Shown here piece by piece: positions 1-20,621 of a stretch of DNA of 33,623 nt (within the stretch, counting starts at the first letter, position 1; each line of letters opens with the position of its first letter). The stretch spans positions 559,706 through 593,328 of the forward strand of contig WELB01000031.1 in assembly GCA_009602725.1 (NCBI GenBank). The letters run 5' to 3'. Position numbers and translations under genes: made by a program. Origin of the DNA: Spirogloea muscicola (lineage: Eukaryota). Under the pieces are notes generated by a model. It ran no database searches. It saw nothing but the letters and a program-made list of their open reading frames with translations, and was not told the origin of the DNA.

Positions 1-423
1 GGAGGCTACGGCGTGAAATGGTCCTCCCTGATCCAGCATCTGGCCCGGCTGGTTGATGCGCGTCGTCGAAGTCGGGGGGGCAGCTTGGGCCACTGCAGCA
101 TTCCGCAGGCCTTAGTTGCATATTATAGAATGCGGCTCTCGCTTAGTTTGCAGCGCTCGCAAGCATTGGCTCTTCATCAACGTGCAGGGCGCGCTCTAAG
201 TCAGGCCTCCGGCTTTCGCGGCGGCGCTCCAGCTCCCCAAGTTAGCTTGTCAGATTTGTTTGTGCTCACCCGTGGGTACTAATGTCATCTTAGGTACCTT
301 AGATTAGGTCTCCGTATTATGTAGCCTTGTTTAGTCTGCACTCGACTCTGCCTGAACAATGTATTGGCTTGAATTGGCCTCCCTTTCAATTCATGCGCCC
401 CGCGCGCCTTCTCTCTCTTCTCT
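1..423 (+). mobile_element. 3' end of CRE-like non-LTR retrotransposon, subfamily A, copy 1 (runs off the left edge)
   Basis: Frame 13-282 encodes the RLE-element C-terminus YYRMRLSLSLQRSQALALHQRAG...SLSDLFVLTRGY*, followed by a ~130-bp 3' UTR and a (TC)n tail. Near-identical to 1579-1777 and 6209-6460. Confidence 0.85.
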
Positions 424-655
424 GGGAGGGGGAAAGGAGGGGAAGATCTCAACGTGGCAGCGCGGGCCCTCAGGCGCCGCCACGTGGCACCGGGCACGGG
501 GAGAAGCCGCCCGCCGGGGCCGAAGCCGCCACCTGGCCGGCGGCCGGCCGCCGGAGGATCGTCGGGGGGCGCCCGACGTCGCAGGCAGGCGGGGCCCGCA
601 GTCCGCGGCCCGACGCTTGCGGCTGCGGGGGCGACTCCGTCTTGCCCCCGTCGAT

Positions 656-900
656 GAAGAAGTTGCTTGCCCGGGAGAGATTAGGGGCTGGGAAACAAGA
701 AAGTGCTCGCCCCATGGAGTAGAAGGAAAGTGCTCGCCTATAGAGTAGAGGAGCTGGCAAAAGCCAGCCCGAGAAGAAGGAAGAATGTCCAAAGATAAAG
801 ACAGAGGTGCCGAAAAAGGACTACACCACAAAACACGACTAGAACACAAGACGATGCTGAGGGGAGCTCAGTATCCGCGGGTGAGCAACATCAGGTCGGA
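656..900 (-). mobile_element. Head-to-tail stack of three 5'-truncated 3'-end fragments (656-694, 696-720, 721-900)
   Basis: Each ends in a GGGCGAGC-like box plus TTCTT tail on the minus strand. The 721-900 unit retains SDLMLLTRGY* (stop 868-870) and the hairpin, and is flanked by GGAGTAGAAG (716-725) / GGAATAGAAG (898-907). Confidence 0.8.
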
Positions 901-1287
901 ATAGAAGAAGGCTCGCCCACAGAGAAAGAGGGGCTGGCTTGGCCAGCCCAAAAAGAATGGACAATGTCCAAAGCCGAAGAATGAGATGCCGAGGAAGGAT
1001 TCCTCTACTCTACCAAACACGACAACATACTAGGGAAGCTCAGTACCCGCGAGTGAGCAACATCAGGTCCGAGTAGCTCGAGGCAGGGAAGGAGGCACTC
1101 CGCCGAGACCCGGAGGCAGCGGCCAGAGCGCGTCCTGCGCGCGTGTGGACAGCGTGGGCAAGGGATCGCTGGAACGATACCGCCAAGCGCATGCGAAAGA
1201 CCTGGGCGAGCGACCCGGCGGCGTTGAAGCCGGGCAGCGCCCCGGGCGGACCCGACCGCCGATGTTAGCCTGACGAGCAAGCCGCTG

Positions 1288-1317
1288 GAAGAAGAAAGCG
1301 GCTGCTGATATGAAAGA
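1288..1317 (-). mobile_element. 30-bp nested 3'-terminal fragment
   Basis: Sense sequence TCTTTCATATCAGCAGCCGCTTTCTTCTTC; its first 22 nt match 6514-6535 exactly. Adds SFISAAAFFF between WLDLL and QRLAR, which is absent from the homologous peptide in 3778-4228. Confidence 0.7.
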
Positions 1318-1578
1318 GAGGAGATCCAGCCAGCGGCTGCCGAAGGCCCCGTGAACATCTATTGCCAGGGCCGCGAACTCATCACCGACCGGGTGATCGG
1401 CATATTTTTTCTCTTTTGCCCGGGCTGCCAGGCCTACCGCATGCCCTGCAAACGCCGACCGGGTGGGGTTGCCGGAGTCGTAGCTGTCCGTTGTCACCAC
1501 ATCAGCGATGATGCGGGGACCGCCGCCGGGCGGGATAGCGACCAGGTCGGCGCGTCGGGTGTGCGACCGGCCGTCCTC

Positions 1579-1777
1579 TTTGGCGGCGCTCCAGCTCCCC
1601 AAGTTAGCTTGTCAGATTTGTTTGTGCTCACCCGTGGGTACTAATGTCATCTTAGGTACCTTAGATTAGGTCTCCGTATTATGTAGCATTGTTTAGTCTG
1701 CACTCGACTCTGCCTGAACAATGTATTGGCTTGAATTGGCCTCCCTTTCAATTCATGCGCCCCGCGCGCCTTCTCTC
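1579..1777 (+). mobile_element. Subfamily A 3' end, copy 2, nested antisense in the long element
   Basis: Near-identical to ~220-417. CCTC duplicated at 1575-1578 and 1778-1781; removal restores the host frame. Confidence 0.85.
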
Positions 1778-1832
1778 CCTCGCCCCGCAGGATGGGCATG
1801 ACTGAGGAGCACTCCACCGCCACCTTGAAGCC

Positions 1833-1908
1833 TTTCTGAACCTTTGTGAATTCTTTTTGGGCTGGCTTTTCGCAGCCCTTGCCCCCATTGGGAGTGCCAC
1901 TTCTTCTT
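1833..1908 (+). mobile_element. 76-bp nested 3'-UTR fragment with 9-bp TSD
   Basis: CTTGAAGCC at 1824-1832 and 1909-1917. Hairpin plus GAGTGCCAC-(TTC)n tail; matches the reverse complement of ~3778-3850. Confidence 0.85.
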
Positions 1909-3380
1909 CTTGAAGCCCGCCTTTATGAACACCCCCTGCATACCATCGCGCAAAAGATCATGGGAAGCGGTCCGCTCGCCTCCGTGGGCGCAACGGAGCA
2001 TGTGCGCGGCCAGCTCCGCAGGGTCGGCGTGCCGAGCGCCGCACTCGCACTGTGTGACACCTGTAAGGCAGGGAGGGAGGAGCCCCAAGAGCCGATGCAC
2101 CGCCGTCCGGTAGACCTCGTCTGGCATGGTCAGTGCTGCATAGAGTGGGAGCGCTTGGAGCCACACCGCCACCCAAGGGGAAGAGGCGGAGAGAAGCCGA
2201 GCACGCCCGCGAACGTCAGACGGAGGGAGAAGCTCCACCGCCTGGTCAGAGGCCGCGTTCTCGACCAACGCCGTGAAGCGTGCCTGGGCACGCAGGTCTG
2301 GAGTGTGGGCGAGGTGCCGGAAAGGAACAGTCTGCTCGGACATGTTGGGGTGGACCTGCAGGAGCCTGTCGTGGGCAGTGCGGAGGGCGACTTGGAAGGG
2401 GAGTTGGCCTGTCTCCACATCGGCTGCCGCCCCCTCCAGGGCGCGTTGTCCGTGCACGAGGAACCTCTGACACATGGGGGCGGCCACCTGCGCCCAGCTT
2501 CCCAGGAAGGCCGCCTCACAGACGCGGGCAACTGAGCGGCATCCCAAGCCGCCCCGACTGATCGGCAGGCTGGCCTGCAGCTGCGCAGCTTGGGTGGTGA
2601 GGAACGCCAGGTGCTGCACGAGGGAGGCTGCGGTCGCCATAATGCCGGTGTCGAAGGCCTCATACGCTGCCGTCACGGCCGGTGAGGGAAGGACGGTGCG
2701 GGCCAGGTAGTGGGGCCGCTGCGCGATGCACCGGGTCAGCATGGCGGTTGCCAGCTGCATGTCGTTCAGCGTGTGCAGGCGGGCCGCCGGCCGGAGGTGG
2801 TCCTGCAGCCGCCCCTGCAGCTGCTCCGCCACGAAGGCAGGTGCGCCCAGGGGGACGCCGAGGAGAGTGAGGCCCTCGGCGGTGTCTGGCAGCCCACGGG
2901 CAGGCCCAGGTGGGCTGGCAGGGGACCTGCGGGGGACCAGGCACTGCACTTGTCCGCCCTGATGTCCAGGCCGATCGCGCCCAGCTGCACCTGGAGGGTA
3001 GCAAAGGCTGCCACGACGTCTGCAGGCGGTCCCACCAGAGTGGTATCATCTGCGTACGTCGGCACCAGCACGCCAGGGTGAGCCGCGACCGTTGCCTGGA
3101 GCGCGCGATGGTGTGCCAGCGCGGAGTAGAATCCAGCGAGTGGATCCCCTTGACGTGCACCCCTGGTGGAGTGGAGGGTCTCCACCGCTCCCCCCGTCCG
3201 CCACAGCAGGTCACTTGGCTGACCGTACCCCAGCCTGAAGAAGGGTAGAAGGCTGGGGAAGGCCTCTCTCAGCTCCTCCGAAATGACGTCCCGATCAACG
3301 CTATTGAAAGCATTGCGGACATCGACTGCCATAGCCACCCACTAGGGGTGCAGGTCCGCCGAGTAGCTCCGCCGAGACCC

Positions 3381-3570
3381 AGAGAGAGAGAGAAAAAAAA
3401 CAAACAATTTAAAGACAAAAGAGGCGGCGTAGCACGGCCTGCTCGCGTTTATATTTAGATGTGCTTGCTTGCCTTTGTACTTGGCCATTGGCCTATGTTT
3501 GTTTCAAATACACGAAATTTTCTTTCCGTGTGGACGGCGTGGGCAAGTGAGCGTTGAACCGAAAGGCCAG
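3381..3570 (-). mobile_element. Probable further element fragment(s) with T-rich UTR and (TC)n tail
   Basis: (AG)n at 3381-3392 abuts the long element. ~3526-3565 encodes LSVQRSLAHAVHT, homologous to the element C-terminus. Confidence 0.5.
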
Positions 3571-3777
3571 TCCCCGGCACCCTTGTCCGTTGTTTGTCTC
3601 ATCCGTTTGGGCTGTAGTCTCTTGCATGTCATATGTGGTTTTGGCGCCTTCCGGCGCTTGCCCCCGGAATAAATTGCGGGAGAGCCACTTTCGGCCCTTA
3701 GGAAGAAGAAGCTCGCCCTTTGGACCTACTCTATGGGCTTGCCGTTCACATTCGGCCCCTTCGAATGCCTCGAATAC

Positions 3778-4228
3778 AGAAGAAGTGGCACTGCCAATAG
3801 GGGCAAGGGCTGCGAAAAGCCAGCCCAAAAAGAATTCACAAAGGTTCGGAGGGGCCTACAAGCGTGTAGCAGCTACAGAAGGGTCGGAAGATGCTATGTC
3901 AGAACAGGGGGAGGATGGATCACTCAGTATTGACGAGGAGGAGCCTCAGATCCAACAGACTAGCTGCCGGGAAACTATCCCCCTGACGAAAGCCGGAGGC
4001 CGCAGAAAGAGCACAGCCAGCACGCAGATGCAGAGCGTGGGCCATGGACCGCTGAAGGGATACAGACAATCTCATACGGTAGACTTGAGCCCACGAGCCA
4101 GCGGTGTTGAAGTCCGCCGGCTCACCGCGCATGCGGGACACAGCGCGCCGCGCAAGCCTGGCCACCAGGTCAAGCCACTGAGACCCGAGAGCCCCGTGCA
4201 CGTCCACAGCCAGGGGGACGAACACATC
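3778..4228 (-). mobile_element. ~450-bp 5'-truncated copy (RLE C-terminus plus 3' UTR) with TSD
   Basis: Encodes VFVPLAVDVHGALGSQWLDL..VYRMRLSVSLQRSMAHALH. TGCCTCGAATA duplicated at 3766-3776 and 4229-4239. Confidence 0.85.
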
Positions 4229-4239
4229 TGCCTCGAATA

Positions 4240-4531
4240 AAGAAAGAAAGTGCTCGCCCATATAGAAAAAGGCTGGACATGCAGCGGCGAACGCCGCTCG
4301 TGGTAAAGCGGCGACGTACGTGGACCCGGCAGGGGACGAGTTCGTCTGGCCGTCGATGTGCACGGGGCATTCGGCAGTCAGTGGCTCGACCTGTTGCCCG
4401 GCTTGCGCGCACAGCCCTTGCCTTCTCCAAGAAGAAGGGCTCGCCCATCGAGGATAGGGGCTGGAAAAACCAGCCCAAAAAAGAATGAACAAAGTACGAG
4501 AAGGGGGCCAGAGGAAGCGCTAAGAAAACAA
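4240..4531. mobile_element. Mixed-orientation fragments: 3' end (-) 4240-4278, degenerate RLE piece (+) ~4280-4420, 3' end (-) 4429-4531
   Basis: GCTCGCCCAT boxes. Plus-strand GKAATY..GDEFV..VDVHGAFGSQWLDLL with frameshifts. 4429-4531 is homologous to 29616-29802 and 30636-30803. Confidence 0.75.
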
Positions 4532-6208
4532 CCAAGAGGGCTTACTTTGCAGGATCTGTCATGTACTGCAGCTCTAGCACCCTTTGGTAGAGCTGCTTCT
4601 TTCACAGCCACAGTACCTCATTGGAAGCAGAGGTCTTGTAAGAGGGGGCCATGGCTGTGGAAAGACCCTGTCAATGCCTCGCTGCTTGTTTCTGACTTGC
4701 GGATCTTGACAGGGAGAAAAGGAAGGAAGCAAGAAAGCCAGGCTGGTGGGAGGTTTCCTGAGTGGCTATCCCCAGAAACCACACTCTTTGCTGAGTTGGA
4801 TTGTGCTTTCATGGTGGGGCTTAGTTCTGAACCCCGTCCACTTGTTGGCATGGCCTCTCACAGCGACCTCCTCCTCTTAGTGTACTGGCTCGGCTTGGCC
4901 TCACTTCCATCTCGCACCTGCGCCATCCTCTCTTTGAGAGAGCACTACATTCCTCACTAACCACTCCATGACCGAGCCACCGGCACCGGCCCTCAATCAG
5001 TCGGCCGTGTGTCCACTTGGCCACCTGGTCGCTTGTGGCTGTCCGCACCGCCCGGGTTGGCGACATGCACTACTCCTGAAGCACTCCTGTGCAAGCCCCC
5101 AGGCTTTGTCGCTGAGCAAGTGGGTCTCTACGTCCAATCTGCCCTACTCGTTTCCAATACGTTGCCATCTCAGAAAGTACATGTGTACTACTACCCGAGG
5201 CCTCTGGAAGTCAGGAATATGGTCAGCCCTACCTCGACAGGCCAAAATGCATAGAGACTTGGCAGGACTAAGCACCAGGAGAGCAGCACGTGCAAATCAC
5301 TATCTGAGCTGTCCGTTATATTTTCACATTCAAGTGAGCGCAGTCTGTGCAGATATGTGACTGAGGTCAACAGATTGAGACCTTCTTAAAAATCTTTGGC
5401 ATTGAAGAATTATAGTTGGTTGTCACTGGTGTGGCTAGACTGGCGGATCACACTGTGTCTCAGCAAGCCAACACTGTGAGAGATAGTTGTGGGATGTGAC
5501 CCAGGCGCTTTTTTTGAATTACTAGATATACAATAGTCACTTCTACTTCGCTACCACACGCTCGTTGCCAGCCGCGGTTGATCCTCTGAGGATGTTGTAG
5601 TACCAAGAGCGACCACTGTACCCTTTTCTGGGTCAGGCGACTAGGGGAAGACGCGTTCAGAGACAAGTGCACTCCTTGACTATGTGGATCCAGGATAGAG
5701 TTGCACCGTACAAAGGCCCCCAGATATTATCGCATGCAGCAAGTACAACAAATCACATTGATGCGACAGGTGCTCGTGCAGATACTAAGACTAGAGTGTG
5801 GCTTGAGCTTGTCCTTATGGCTGGGCTTATTACTGACGGCCATTGTCATATAATGAGCACCATGAACCCCAATATCTAAGCACCATAAACCCCAATATTT
5901 AGCAAGCTGCTAAATTAGCAATACTTCTTTGTGAATCGTCGCTGCAGCACTGCAAAAACAGGCAGTTTGATTGGACGTAGAAACAGTTGTAGAGAGTAAC
6001 AGAACCAACCGCGCATTGTATTGGAGGTAAGAAGACTCTCACTTGCCGAGCTTGGCCGAGCACTTGCGGAGCTTGGCCAAGGCAGTGCTTGCTCGTACGC
6101 ATGCCAAGCCCGACGGTGGCGCTACATCGGACAGTGGGGGCCGGTTGGTTACGGGAGACGGCCGCGGCTGCGCCGTCCGGCAACCGCTTCCGTTCGTTCC
6201 GCTTCTCT

Positions 6209-6540
6209 TTGGCTCTTCATCAACGTGCAGGGCGCGCTCTAAGTCAGGCCTCCGGCTTTCGTGGCGGCGCTCCAGCTCCCCAAGTTAGCTTGTCAGATTT
6301 GTTTGTGCTCACCCGTGGGTACTAATGTCATCTTAGGTACCTTAGATTAGGTCTCCGTATTATATAGCATTGTTTAGTCTGCACTCGACTCTGCCTGAAC
6401 AATGTATTGGCTTGAATTGGCCTCCCTTTCAATTCATGCGCCCCGCGCGCCTTCTCTCTCTTTGGCTCCGTCATGAACACCTGTATGCATCTGGCTGGCA
6501 TTTCACAGCCGATTCTTTCATATCAGCAGCCGCTTCCTCT
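6209..6540 (+). mobile_element. Subfamily A 3' end, copy 3 (6209-6460), followed by another subfamily's 3' end (to ~6540)
   Basis: Near-identical to ~165-417. TSD TCTCTTTGGCTC at 6204-6215 and 6457-6468. The second piece has a GGCTG-N8-CAGCC hairpin (6493-6510) and a pyrimidine tail. Confidence 0.85.
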
Positions 6541-6650
6541 CCCAGGGCCCCTCAGTACTGTTTGCTCACATCTCCAACCCCGCCTCGCCCCGCGCATGGC
6601 ATCGCCAGCCATGGCGCGGCGGCGCCGCTGACGGCGGCCGGCGCGGCGCC

Positions 6651-16621
<9,971 letters not shown>

Positions 16622-17155
16622 CTTAAAGTCAGAGTAATAGATGTGATGCCCGAATGCCTGGTACAGGTCTTCTCATGCCGCCACCGTCGCGCACTTCTTG
16701 TTCAACCACTCACCGCAGTGCCCCACACAGGCCGGCCCAGGTGGGCCTGAAGCAGGCCCGCGTATGGCCCTCAGAGAGCAGGATTGGCAATGCACCGCAT
16801 TGAGCCCACGCTAGAGCTCCCGCCGAGCTCTTCCCATAGGCAGGTGCCTGACACACGTTGTTGTGCCCGTTAGTTCGTCCCTCTTCTTCTGTTGCCTAGA
16901 TCACTGGCCCTCGGTGGGCAGGCAGTACATAAGCACTCACGGTGGGAAGGAGGTTGCCGTGGGCCGGGGAGGGGGCTGGGGCACACAGTGGAGGCGGGGA
17001 GATGCAAGGAGGGTGGATGGGCCACTTCACAGATAATGTGCAGCGAGAAATCAGTCCATAGTGCTTACTTAAGAATCTGTAAGAGGTAAGCTGAGCCGAT
17101 GCATTGCTGCAGCCCTCTCGCTTGCAAGCGCATAGGGGCAGATATCCATATCGTT

Positions 17156-17413
17156 AGCAGAGCTGATGAAATCGAATAGATACTTGGAAGTCAAATAAGA
17201 TAGAAGGAAGACCTGCAACCAGGCTCCTACTAATCTTCGGCCTACAGGTGGAGGCAGCAGTCCGCTTTACGAGGGCAAGCGCACAGAGGAGAAATCAACA
17301 TTGTCAGCAGAGCTCGTGATGTGGATAAATAATCACTCGGAAGTCAACAAGATACAAAGGAAGACCTGCAACAAGGCTTCTAATCTCCCGCCTAACTGTG
17401 GAGGCAGCAGTCC
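17156..17413. repeat. Diverged tandem duplication, ~150-bp period
   Basis: AGCAGAGCT..GGAAGTCAA..AAGGAAGACCTGCAAC..CTAATCT..GTGGAGGCAGCAGTCCG occurs at ~17156-17263 and ~17306-17414. Confidence 0.7.
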
Positions 17414-17732
17414 GGCGGGCAACTTTGGTGGCGTGGCTGCATCTCCACTACGACCTGCTGGGTTCCATTGCCGCCGTCGGCCTGGTCGAAGCAAGCATTC
17501 GGGCACGCTGGGCATTCATATGGCCCCGTCCGTGGCAGAAGCCCAGCCGTGGCGACACCATGGAGGAGCTACGCAAGCAAGCCTGAGTCGAGTCCAGTGA
17601 CAGTCACGTCCAGAACTGGGAGGCGCTGGCGGCTGAGAGCTCTGCGGTCGCCACTGGGCAGGGCACTGGCCCACCGCCGCCACTGGCAGCGGCGGCAGGG
17701 GCAGAATTGCGCTCGCCCGTCTGAGCGAGGGA

Positions 17733-19902
<2,170 letters not shown>

Positions 19903-20337
19903 GCCCGCCGCCGCCGCCCAAACCCCAGACCCTAGAGCCTAAACAGCGCTAGAACCGCCGCCGCCGCCGCCGCCGCCGCCGCGGCGCGCGGCGATGGCTG
20001 GGACAGGACGGGACAAGGCATTCGAAGCGGGGGGGGCGCGGGAGGGGAGGAGGAGGGGGGGCGGAGGTCGGGGAAGCGAGGTCCTCGGTAAGGCCACTCT
20101 CTGCGGGCGGGGAGAGAGGGTGGGGCCCGCTCCCTCCCGCCGCTCCCCCTCCCCGGCCTGCGCTTATTCGCTTATCGGGCCCCTCGCTCCGGGATGCGGG
20201 GACCCCCCTCCTCGGCCCCGAAACGCGCTCTGGCCTCGAGTTGCCGGTCCCCCCTGGAACCCTGAACCCCGAACCCTGGAAGGAAAAGCGCGTCCCACAG
20301 CAGGTGGCTGTCACTTGAGGCCTTTGAGGCCTGCGGC

Positions 20338-20621
20338 CATTGTCCATTCTTTTCTGGGCTGGCTTTGCTAGCCCCTCTTCTCTCAGCGCGCGCCATTTCT
20401 TGCTGTGAGAAGAAGGGCTCGCTCATTGAGGATCGGGGCTGGGAAAAAGGGTGTTCATGACTCTCTTAGCCGTTTCAGACATTGTACATTCCTTTGGGCC
20501 TTTGCCAGCCCCTCTTCTCTTCTCTATGGGCGAGTTCTCTTCTTAGAGTGCCACTTCTTCTCTTCTTTGGGCTGGCCTCTCCCAGGCGATGCCTTATCAC
20601 TGGCAGAGCTGTTTCTCTTCT
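20338..20621. mobile_element. Cluster of about five very short CRE-like 3'-end fragments (+ 20338-20401, - 20407-20448, + 20474-20543, + 20545-20561, + 20562-20621)
   Basis: CATTGTCCATTC..GGGCTGGCTTTGCTAGCCC, ATGGGCGAG, GAGTGCCACTTCTTCT and AGAAGAAGGGCTCGC motifs shared with the other clusters. Confidence 0.8.

Larger units (their letters stand above)
1040..3338 (-). pseudogene. RT-RLE ORF remnant of the element
   Basis: Frameshifts near 2880 and ~1240, an in-frame stop just upstream of the AVDVRN motif, and three nested insertions (1288-1317, 1579-1777, 1833-1908). Removing the latter two restores KAGFKVAVECSSVMPILRGEDGRSHTRRADL. Stop codon at 1040-1042. Confidence 0.85.
903..3380 (-). mobile_element. 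5'-truncated CRE-clade-like non-LTR retrotransposon (RT - CCHC zinc knuckle - RLE), disrupted
   Basis: RT motifs VDVRNAFNSVDR, GARQGDPL, YADD; thumb/linker motifs GLTLLGVPLG and LPISRGGLG; CECG..HMLRC..HDLLRD; RLE motifs RRADL..IADV..KEKKY..LAIDVHGAFG; C-terminus RMRLAVSFQRSLAH..LTRGY*; 3' UTR hairpin 931-949. Confidence 0.9.

Noticed and set aside
656..970. Repeat-spacer pattern resembling a CRISPR array
   Set aside because: Eukaryotic context, irregular spacing, degenerate repeats and no cas genes; explained by stacked retroelement tails.
1579..1581. Apparent non-templated TTT at several 5' junctions
   Set aside because: At 6208-6210 the Ts belong to the TSD/microhomology, and the remaining cases are too few and ambiguous.
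1833..3850. ~75-bp inverted repeats (1833-1910 vs ~3778-3850) bracketing the RT, resembling TIRs or DIRS-type ITRs
   Set aside because: Each arm is the 3' end of an independent insertion with its own TSD, and no tyrosine recombinase or transposase is seen.
5856..5899. Short tandem duplications (23-bp period here; 18-bp period at ~22428-22461)
   Set aside because: Ordinary slippage duplications with no further structure.
4540..6200. Possible decayed retroelement coding remnants (e.g. HYIPH, LYVQSALLVSN)
   Set aside because: The motifs are too short and interrupted to assign without a profile search.
165..6460. Direct repeats resembling LTRs
   Set aside because: They have different 5' ends, contain an ORF C-terminus and tail, and lack TG..CA ends, PBS and PPT. 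They are truncated non-LTR 3' ends.
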